From NCBI GenBank assembly GCA_045837725.1, contig JBEWZL010000278.1:1-64000 (forward strand): a stretch of 64,000 nucleotides of DNA. The letters are read 5' to 3'. Within the stretch, counting starts at the first letter, position 1; each line of letters begins with the position of its first letter. Made by a program: the position numbers and the translations under genes. Shown one piece after another: positions 25,149 through 35,826 of the stretch. The DNA is from Vermamoeba vermiformis (Eukaryota). Below the pieces are notes generated by a model. It worked only from the letters and a program-made list of their open reading frames with translations. It did no database searches and had not been told where the DNA came from.

Positions 25149-27929
25149 ATGATAATATGCGCTTTTGCAATATTATTTTAGCCATCCTTATTACCTGCGC
25201 GCTTTTAAGTTGCATCCAAGCGACAGTAACGTTTACTGGCGTTAACTTGGCTGGCGCGGAGTTTGGTAAGATTTATTAATACATTTCGCGTTAATTAACC
25301 AACGAATATTATTCATATATCAAGATTCTTCTGCTGTTTGGCCTACTACTGCAGATATGGATTATTTTGCATCAAAAGGAATGAATATTTTCCGAATCCC
25401 TTTCAAATGGGAGAGATTGCAAACATCCCTCGGGGGAGCGTTTGATACTACATATCTAAATCAATTAGATTCTGTCGTGAATTACGCAACCAACACCAAA
25501 AAGGTTTATGTGATTTTGGATGTGCACAAGTAAGCGAACGACATTAATTAAAGTTCAAAGCAGTATTTTCTAACTATATGTGCTTCATTACCTAGCTACG
25601 CACGTTACAACAGTCTTGTTATCGGAAACGGGATCACAAACGCGCAATTCGCCGATTTGTGGACTCGATTAGCCACCAAGTACAAAGCTAATGATAAAGT
25701 CGTAAGTATAAACGAGAGTGTAGTGAGTTCCCGAGATATTTTCAATCGGGTTACGAAGTCAACAACGATATACCCGATCTGGATCTAACCTCAGTTTTCA
25801 GATATTTGGTCTAATGAACGAACCGAAAGAGATGAAGAATGTGTAAGTAAAAACGGTCACAGTATAATTCTAATGACTGAAAGTGATTGGAAAGACGGAG
25901 CCCAAGCAGCAGTGAACGCGATCCGAGCAACCGGTGGGACGAACTACATCTTACTTCCAGGTAATACTTAAGCGCTGATAAATAGGTACTTACAAATATC
26001 TTCTAAACAACGTGATAGGCAATGGCTGGACTGGAGCTCACTCGTGGTTCCAAACATGGTACGACCAGGGCAGTCCGCAAACCTCCAACGCCGACACGAT
26101 GATTCAAGTGACTGATTCAGCCAACAAAATGATCTTCGAAGTGCATCAGTACTTTGGTAAGCTTATCCAGGAAAAATACAGTCAATTTCTAATTGTTATG
26201 CAGACAGTGGCTATGGTGGTACTTCGGCCACATGCCTCGCTCCAACTGTCGGTATGTCGACTGGTCAGAGCGAAGAAGAATTCAAACTGATTAATAGTTG
26301 CAGGAAAGGACAAGCTCGTTGATTTCACAAACTGGCTGAGACAGAACAACAGAAAGGGTTTCTTGGGCGAGTTCGGTGGATCTGAAAGTACGAACTGCTT
26401 TTCAGCCTTGACCGATGCTTTGCAATACATGCAAGACAATAGTGACGTTTGGTATGCGAATTTTGAAACGCTAGTTATTTAATTAACGTCTTAATCATCA
26501 GGGTTGGTTGGACTTACTGGGCAGCAGGTTCGATTTTTTTGGACATTTTGACACTTTTTGTTGACACGTGTCATTGACCGACAATTTGCAGGTAATGCAT
26601 GGCCAAGCGATTACATCTACACCCTTCAACCAAAGAACAACTATCAAACTGATCGTCCTCAACTCGCGTACCTGCTGCCGTACATTTCATCCGGTACGCC
26701 AGTTTCCATTCCGATGGCACCTGTCGCTGCGGTTGCACCTGTAGCTTCACCACCCGTTGGTAGTTGCACTCCTGGAACATCGGAAAATATCTTCACCGAC
26801 TCTATTCAAAGTGGCTGGGAGGATTGGTAAGTGCATCAACAATAATGACTCGTTATTAATGTTCATTAACAGGAGTTGGGCTGATACAAGAAATACAGCA
26901 GATACTTCTTTGAAGCGAACAGGAACGGCTTCGTACAGTTTCACTCCAACCAATTTCCAAGCAATTTTTTTCGCAAAAGCGACCAGTGGAACTTTCTCAA
27001 CATCGTCGTACAGCGGAGTTGAGTTCTATATCAACGGATCTCCTAACGGTAATACATACTCGTTTCCTAATCGAATGTTATTCTTACGCTTCACACAGGT
27101 GGTCAGCAGATCCGCGTCGGATTCAGAAAATCAGGTGACTCGGAGTACGGTACTCCAACCTACGTGAACATCAATAACTACATTGACGGCGCTACTTCCA
27201 TTGGCAATGTATGGCGACGAGTCTACGTGCCGTTCTCAGCGATGAACATTGGTCTTGGCGACACGTTGATGGGCGTCACTATTCAAGCAGTACGTAGAAC
27301 CATGATTGAGCTTGGTGATGGCTCGTAGTTGACGTTACTGTAGGACATTGCAAGCACACAAGCTAAAGTGTATCTGGACGACGTTAGATTGATTTGTGCT
27401 GGTGCTGCTTCTCCTGTCGCTACGCCGGTTTCCACTCCGGTGGCGACACCTGTCAAGCCTCCTACGGCAACGCCAGTTGCCACACCTGTCACTGCTCCTG
27501 TTGCGACACCCATTAGACCTCCTACTTCAACGCCAGTCGCCACAGCAGTCGCAGCTCCTGTCAAGTCTCCTACGGCAACACCAGTTGCTGTTCCTCTCGC
27601 TAGTACCAGTTGCTGCTCCCGTCAAGCCTCCGGCCACTACTCCAGTTACCATACCAGTAGCAGAACCAACTGCTACTCCCATCACCACACCAACGAGCGG
27701 ATCTGCACCAGTAGCAACACCATCAATCGATGCTCCTGTTAGCACCGAAGTCCCTGTGGCTAGTGCTGAGCCTAAAGCTGATGACACACCCGTTGAACCA
27801 ACGACCGATTCATCACCTGTCGCCTCTCCTGTTGCAGCCGGAAAGACGCCAATAGTATCTTCGATTACTTCCAGCGCCGCGAAATTATTGTATTCCAGTG
27901 CCATCGTTTGTACTTTCATTTTACTATAA
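25149..27929 (+). CDS. GH5 endoglucanase + CBM8-like module + long Pro/Thr/Ala/Val stalk + GPI/TM tail, copy 2; apparent +1 frameshift near 27602
   Basis: Same catalytic motifs and exon layout as copy 1. The PVATPV repeats switch frame at about 27602, where ORFs 27368-27742 and 27396-27929 overlap. Confidence 0.88.
27414..27840 (+). repeat. Coding low-complexity tandem repeat ([12 protein letters not shown]), mucin-like stalk
   Basis: Recurrent cctgtcaagcctcctacggcaac-type units encoding [11 protein letters not shown]. Confidence 0.8.
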
Positions 27930-29291
27930 ACATGAATTCCCTACGTCACTTTTTTTTTTGTAAACAAGAGACTGCAAGCGACTTATCGAGCGAGTTGGAT
28001 TCATAGTTTTGCAAATAATCAATACTGAGAACGTTTATGAGCGTGGACTGTAGCGTACGATTTGTATTTATTGACATTTATACAAAGTAAGTAAAAGTAC
28101 TTTGCTTGGTGATTACTTTCGTGTCTTAGCTCCTCTTTCTTTGCGAATGCGTGGCTCTTCGAAGTAATAATCAAAGCCAAATACTTTAGCAGACGCAGCG
28201 AGATGGGCGGAACCATATATTGCCCTTTGCTATTTATTCTAGTCTCTCATGGTAGTCAAAAAGATAGTTATATCTCATTTGAGGGAGGTGCAGCGAGCCC
28301 GACAAAGATAACATACAATTTCAATTCCGAGGCACTTTTTTTAGCGACCCTTAGACATTCTTCTCGCCCCCACAGTTTCAAACGCGGAACGCGCCAAGCA
28401 AGGATTAATCCCTCATTGTCTCGCCCAGTGAGCGTTGGGCCCAGCGGCGGTAGAGGTGACGGCGGCAGGGAGCGAATGATATTTGACGCAATATACTAAT
28501 TGCTTATTTTTGGCATTAGCCGGAAGTTGAACAGAAGGGGCTTCCAGCGTTGCAAAACCAATAGATTCAATTTTTCTGTGCCACATCGTCTGTTATAATA
28601 CTAAATTAATGCTATTAATTAATTGCAATCTCTGTAAGCTTTCGTTGTTACACTCTGGCACCGAATAAATCGCTGTTTTACAGGAATATATTTTTTAATT
28701 GACGTGTGGTTTGCTTTTTTGGGAGGCAGTACGTTCTAACAAAAATTACAACGGTCAATTTTAATTTTTCCTTGCACACGAAACAACGATCTTATCGGCG
28801 TTGCAATTGTTATCATTAGGTATTTTCATAAATACTTATAATTTTAGCAAGAGACTTTTTAATACATAACGATCACCAGATCTGATCGAGTTGAATTTTT
28901 AATTAATGTTTCAATTATCAATCAAAAAATATTGAACGATGAGAGGTAAGAATATTACTATTTTTCGTGGACAACTAATCTAATATTATTTAGCACAACG
29001 CTTGATTTTAATTGAGGAAGAAATAATTTGGATCCATAAAGTTTCCTTGCAAGGCCCAAAATCTTCGGTGTCGATAGCGTAGCGATTGGGCTAGCACGTA
29101 ATCTAGCGGGTCTAGTGTTGGTGATCCGAAGATAGCATCGCGATGCCAGAACGTCAATCAAAATTACATCAAAATTTCAAACGCTCCACAAAAATCACAT
29201 TGATTGCGTTGATTTTGCAATACAAAACGCCAAAATCTATTGATTTGTTTATTTTGTGCTTAATCAGAGACCGCGTTACAACAACAAAATA

Positions 29292-30301
29292 ATGCGCTCT
29301 GTCAGCCATCTTGCAGTAGCCTTCGTGCTCGTGGCACTTTCGTGTGCTTTGACCAGCTACGCCGGTGTTGCTTGGACCGGAGTTAACTTGTCCGGAGGAG
29401 AGTTTGGTAAGCTCTATTTAACGCAGTATTATCCATATTTATAAACTCTTTTAGGTGGTCAGTCGATCTGGCCCTACACCACTGACATGGATTACTTCGT
29501 CAACAAAGGCATGAACATTTTCAGAATTCCATTTGACTGGACCAGAATACAACCCTCGCCTAATGGTGAGCTCAACGCTTCTGAGCTCAACGCGTTAGAT
29601 GCTCTCGTTCAATACGCGACTGTTACAAAAGGAGTTTACGTCGTTCTGGATGTGCACAAGTAAGTCAGACTAATTCAGGATTATTATTTTTAGCACGGAT
29701 CTAACTATCTTATTAAAGCTATGCCCGTTATAACGGTCTTATTATTGGCCTTGGTATTCCATACTCAAGTTTTGCGGATCTTTGGACCAGATTGGCCACG
29801 AAGTACAAAACCAACTCAAAAGTCGTAAGTTTACGATTATTACTAATTCCGTAAGAAATTGAATCAAAGATTTACCGTAATTTTAATGCGGAATATCACA
29901 TTTTTCGATATAACAGCCGCCTTCACTAACGATGTATTAGCTCTTCGGCCTTATGAATGAGCCTTATAGCATGCCCAATAAGTAAGTTATCGATTTCTTA
30001 CAAAGATTCTGATGCACGTGTTTCTTTCAAGTGTTTGGCGTGACGGCGCACAAGCTGCTGTGACCGCAATCCGAGCAACTGGTGCTACGAACTACATCTT
30101 AGTTCCAGGTATATTACCATTTATATATAGATAGTACTCGACACCTTCTAACGATTATAGGTAATGCCTGGACCGGAGCTCATTCTTGGTTGGGTACTTA
30201 TTACGACCAAGGTGCCAACCCACAACGATCAAACGGTCAAGTTATGCTTGAAGTTTACGATCCTGCAAACAAAATGATCTTTGAAGTGCATCAATACTTT
30301 G
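29292..30301 (+). pseudogene. GH5 endoglucanase copy 3, 3'-truncated
   Basis: Intact signal peptide through LMNEP and FEVHQYF with the same intron positions as copies 1 and 2. No downstream exon encoding GEFG, the CBM or the tail is found before the next gene. Confidence 0.75.
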
Positions 30302-30536
30302 GTAAGGCTTTCATAGACCGTGTAAAAAAGTCAATCATAGTGCGGGATTCGTGCACGGAAAAAATTTTGATCCAGGCACATAATCCTACATGTTGCAGGC
30401 AAATGGAATATCTATATGCTTACAAATTTAGTTATGCTGCAAGTAATATTTAAGGATATCCTTCTCCTGTCTCCGCGGATGATGTGACGTTAAGGCAGGG
30501 TCATAAAGTTTCACAACCGATTCGCTGAATTTTGCG

Positions 30537-31160
30537 TTAGGCACTTGTTGTTGTTGCTTTACCTGTTGCAAACCATGTTCCGGGATATAATGCGTTGGCC
30601 CACTTTATGAGCATCGAGTCCAAGATTGCTGGAACCCATTTCTGTTGTGTCACGTGATAATATCGTGGCAGAGGCCTGCTGTTGAATTTTGCATCATCTA
30701 TATAGATATCTCTGATTGCCTTTGCTTCACTGAGTCGTTGAATTGCACAGGATCTGACAAAACAAGTGACACGTGTCAATAAAATTGCAAGCCGTTTGTG
30801 GCCAAGTTACGTTGTAAAATACTTACGATATATTGTTTCGCTGCATCGAGAGCATTTTGTCAATGAGAAGAAGAACGTTCTTGCGAAGTTGTTGTCTGAT
30901 CTTCGGCTCATTGAAACTGTCGAATATTGGAGGTCTTGAAGCTCCATTTTCGCTGGCAATTTTCCGAATAAAATCAGTTGAATATATTGTCCCAGAATTG
31001 ACGAAATCCGTGTCGAATAAATTCGCAAAATTTGGATCTTGCTCGATCAACGAACAACTTGCTGTTTAAAATAATTATTTCGAGGTCCGATAATAATAAA
31101 ATAAAGAAATGACGCCTTACCAACCGCAAGAAGCACTATTAACAATTTCAATTCGTTCAT
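30537..31160 (-). CDS. Small secreted protein with possible ADP-ribosyltransferase-like motif; 3' end uncertain or truncated
   Basis: MNELKLLIVLLAV/ASCSLIEQDPN...MQRNNI/...RYYHVTQQKWVPAILDSMLIKWANALYPGTWFAT. Two canonical introns. No convincing further exon. Confidence 0.5.
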
Positions 31161-31525
31161 TAATAATAATAATTATTAATTAGACGTTCCTGGTTGTCGC
31201 TTCGGAGATCTTTTTACAAAAAAGATCGTGTGTATAAACAGAAAGATCTCCGAAATAAATAAAATCGCCAGTGAATCGCAGGTACAGAAAAAGGCGTCAG
31301 AAGTTTCAGTTCACATCTGAGCGAAAAACAAAGGCCAGAACTCGTGCCAAACAGTCGTATATTGAAATATTTGAGCCGTGTGCGACGTTTATAAATAGAA
31401 AGATCTTCAAAAGCAAAATAAACATCGTGTCAGACTGACTTTTTGACGGGAGGCAAATTTTTGTTACCCCGAGGCTCCAAAGCCAGATTTCGGCACTCAA
31501 TACAATATTAGACTCGTCTTTTTTT

Positions 31526-33762
31526 TCACTCTTCATCACCATAGTCAGGGTCGATATCACCCATCTCACTATCAAACTGCATCAAGGCTATTAGTTAACA
31601 CCACCATACAATTATTTAAAAAAGCAAAAAAAAAACTTACGCCATCGTCTTGCACGAGGGCCACACATCGCCCTAATTGCACGTATTGCTTTAATTGTTC
31701 GACGGATGTGACAGCGTAGACGTCTTTATCGCACTTGTTGCAATGTCGTCTGTCGCCGTCAGTTGTATCTAATTGATAATACGATAGTGGGCATTTGAAG
31801 CCAAATTCGCAATTCTCTGAAAACAAATCCAACGTCAGTACAATAAAATTAACATAGCGGATCTGAATATTACGCACCAATAGCAGGCTCGGCAGGTCGC
31901 TCTTTAAACCTTTCATATCGTACTTTGAAGAATTTAGCCCAACTTTGCATCTTCAAGTTTGGATTCTGATCCGGGTACTGTTGCATATAAAGTTTGTGCC
32001 AAATAGCGTTGTTATCGGTCACGAGCTGATGGAACTTCTTGTTGACCAACGATACGCTAAGTAAGGTAAAGGCAGCGGTATGTGAAGCATGCTAAGAAAA
32101 AAATAAGTCAGTACAAATGCTGGATGTGGCTCGATCCTGAATCTTACCTCAAGAATAATTCGCAGAGTTTCAGTAGGCAAGTTGCTAATATAGCAGTTCT
32201 TGTCAGATTTAGGCCATTCGTTAATATCCCAAACAAATTCCGAACGGCCGAAGTTGTATCGAACGCGGATGTCGCTTCCAACGAATCCAAGCGTTGGGAA
32301 GCAATCCATTCCACCTGCAACCCTCTTCGTTATGTACCCGACGAACTTGCCATTTACAGTATAGAACACCTTGCGTTGGTTGAACGAGTCCATGGCAAGA
32401 CCACATCCAACCACGTCGTTCACTTTGAACGCACCTCGCTCCCCGTCGCTCGTGAAGTTGAAGCCAACAGTGCCGTTGTTGAAGTAGCCGAACGAGTTCT
32501 GCATGGAGCCCACGAGTTGACTGGACTCAAATCTTTGGTCGCTGAAACCAATCGAAAGCGTTTCGTCCGCTATGAAAAACGCGTATGAGTATAGGTTCAT
32601 AATACGCCAAATAGGGTAATAATTGGATGGTATATAGTAGGTGGCACCTACGTTTTAGTGATAGTATGGTGACTTCATAATAAGGCAGTGATGTTGTGAG
32701 ACGGGGGAAGAAAGAGTCAGCTTGAAGTGACTCGGCCTTTGGCGCTGTGATAGTGAGTATGTTGCCTTCGAGAATTGCTTTTGTTTTTTTGTTGAATTTG
32801 AAGAACGTTGGTATTTTATTCTCGGCCTAAAAATTATCAGCAGTTAAAAATCGGATGTGGATGGCGCGTACCGGAAAATTCTTTGCGTTACTTACGAATG
32901 GATTATGCACGAAAGGAATTCCTTTAGTACCAAAATTCACTTGGATATTTTCTTGCAGGCTGTGCAAGCCAACCATTGGATACAACTTGTCGGGAAAAGC
33001 TTGCATCTTGTACGTCGGCAATGTTTTCTTCGTACCATCGGGAAATACGAAGAATATTGATTCTAAATATGTATTAACTCGTATACTACTTTTCAGTGCG
33101 TAAATGAACCATGTATCTCTGATCAATCTCCAATTTAAATTCCGACCGGATGCATCCCTACTTTTTTTCCAAACAAAATGGAGGTACTTACGTGCTTCAA
33201 AGTCAACACCACATCCTATTGTAACATTTCGAACTGCCCATATGGGACCAAAGTTTCGGATCACCTCAGTATCATCGCAGAAAGCAATGCCGTCATCAGC
33301 ATGATAACCAAACGTTCCTGTAATGAAAAATTTAACAAAAAGTTATATATAGACCTTAAGTAAGTACCGTGAGTCCAGCCAGGTTGCTTGTCGGCTGCAT
33401 CTTTTTCGTTCTTTGATAAACCAATTGCGATCGTGCCTTTGGTGCCTTTTGAGATAACTGTGACCTCTAAAAAATTGCCAAAATATAATTAATATATGGG
33501 CGTTTGTGATAACAGTATTAGAAGGATAGTAAAGATTAATTTAAATTTACTCTTTTTTTGTTTGGATTTGCTTACCGAAATAAAATCGTTTGCCGTTCGT
33601 GGGTTCCCAAGCACCTGTTGATTTTAAATTTACCACATTTTCATTCGACAAATACAGAATTTCACAGAGCTTGTTGGGAAGATCTTCGTATTGGATGGTG
33701 TTCTTCAAAGGCTTTTTGAAGCCTATTGTAGCTTTGCTGGTACTTTTTCCGAACGAAAACAT
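31526..33762 (-). CDS. Tandem SPRY (RanBP9/SPRYD3-type) + F-box + Cys-rich C-terminal domain protein (left arm)
   Basis: SPRY motifs FGYHADDG, TIGCGVDF, LYPMVGL, FGYFNNG, DVVGCG and RYNFG..FVWD. F-box ISNLPTETLRIILE. Tail CEFGFKCP...RHCNKCDKDVY...GRCVA...EMG. Confidence 0.85.
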
Positions 33763-34070
33763 TACGTGGTGTTCACTTCGATATTGTATAATTAACTCAT
33801 AACGAGACTAGTCTTTTTATCTTATCGGCACGTGCTTTCGTTGAGCTTGCCTTTTTTAGCGCAAGCTGTCAATCTGACGAAAGCTACGGTCTTCTTTGAA
33901 TTATTCAGGTCATGGATTAGAAGGTAAATAAGGAAGATAGTTGAAAAAAGTAAAAAACGGTTCACCTGTTGCAATTTTAATTTGTCCGATTGGTAGGTAA
34001 TTATCAAAGAAAGAAGTACCACTATTGTTTATTGCTTCAAGCAATTTTAATATTGGATTTGCTTGGAAAC

Positions 34071-35736
34071 ATGAGCGTATACGAATGGAAAGAGATCGTG
34101 CCTGAGACGAGGATACTCGAAGCAACTTCAATTTCACCATCTGGTAAATGTTACGAGTATTATATTGATGTAGATTATACCATCAAAGAAAACGAAATAT
34201 TATTACTACGCCTGGAAATGTGGGATGCGTTTTACGTTGAAAAATATTCGTTCATACATGTCGATACAGGCGAAGATTTTGCACGTAAGTTTCTTAGAAT
34301 AAATTAATTATATAATAATACGAATTTTAACTAATTTTTAGCTCACGGGAAAAATATTGGAGATAATTTTCGTCGGGCTTGGATCTTTAAAAATCCACCC
34401 AAGGGTCGATATAAAGTAAATACCGAAGGAGGCGCTCATAAATGTATGTACAATTAAATTTATATTTCGATATTAGCTAAATCTGGTGCAGATTGCGTTT
34501 CCTTTCTAACAACCAACGGAAAACTGCCACATCCATTACAATGCAAGATAAATAATTCGCTTCTGGTTACTCTACGTCTACCAGAGATATACGAGCGCAT
34601 GCCTACGGCAGTAGCTTATAGAAAGCTTAATACAGAGGAATGGAAAATGTAGGTTGGGTCTTACCTACGTAAAATAATTTTCAATGCTCTAGACTAACGC
34701 TGTTTTCTTATAGATCCGTCTCTATTCACCCTCATAAGTAATATTTTATTATTATGAATTTGATTTCTGACTCCTATAAGGAAAATAAGAATCGTCTTGG
34801 ATGCAGATGCCGCTTATGAAGTCAAAGCGAAACTCTTTATCAAAGATCTATTTGAAAGCGAATATAGTCCTACAATAACTATCGCCGATCATCAAACTTT
34901 TGCGGATTCGATTGAACCTGCTGATTATTATTTGTTCGATACTGCGTTGACTTTTCAATTTTCAATGAAACCATGGCTTAACGAGTACGACCGATTAAAT
35001 TATTAATATTATAATATATTCTTTTTAATAATACTATTTAAATAGGATTAACGCAACCTTGCGGATCAAGTTTCCGGATGAAACTGAAATTACTGTTACG
35101 CACAACATTTGGAATGATTATTCCGGAAAACTTGCCGTATCATTTGAAGACGAAGTATACGATAAGCTGACTAAGGATACGGTGGTCGAATGGCAGTTGC
35201 ATATTAAAGACACTAGATCCTTTCAAGAAGTGGTTGGCAAGGTCCACCGATTTGAATTTAAAAAACGAGAAAAATTTCTTGGAATGGAACACTTTAGCAA
35301 GACATTGGTAATGCGGTCACAGAAGTACAACAGTTTGCTTTATTTGACTCGTAGCGGAAAATTTTTGCTTGAGCGAGAGAAGATTAAAGGCGATTTCATT
35401 TTGAAGGAATTTAATGGCAAAAAAACAATCAAATTAATGCCTAAATATGGAATTTCATTCGAAAAAATTAATATGGACGCTTATTATGGATCAATGGAAA
35501 CTTCAATATTATTTTTGCCGGAACTATTGACCAAAATATTTCGAATGTGTGACCGACCACCACATAATTTTAACGATAAAAAATATAAGCAATTAATTAT
35601 GCTATCATTGGTCTGCAAATATTGGTTCAACACGTTCACTAAAGTCTTCTACATGGAAGGAGAGTATTCTCCGATTTATGGCGATTATTATAAGAGGAAT
35701 CAACTAGAGTTACATGGATGGGGTGTATTTCAATAA
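34071..35736 (+). CDS. Hypothetical beta-sandwich protein with C-terminal F-box-like motif (left arm)
   Basis: Multi-exon and conserved in the other arm. FN3-like segment LDADAAYEVKAK....ESEYS. C-terminal LFLPELLTKIFRMC...LSLVCKYWFN. Confidence 0.7.
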
Positions 35737-35826
35737 ATAAATTTGAATTATCACTCTTTTTTATTGTTGGATCTGCACTTAAAAATTGAAAAAAAAATAT
35801 TATTACGAATAAAATTACGTTTCGAT

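Noticed and set aside
27283-27919. Long antisense ORFs over the GH5 stalk, and similar ones at 12779-13249, 43828-44094 and 44511-44885
   Set aside because: Shadows of low-complexity or codon-biased sense-strand coding sequence.
28203-28560. GC-rich patch; the minus strand reads PPSPLPPLGPTLTGRDNEGLILAWRVP, like an FN3 start, or it could be an ncRNA
   Set aside because: Closed by stops, no consistent exon chain and no convincing snoRNA boxes. At most a decayed fragment.
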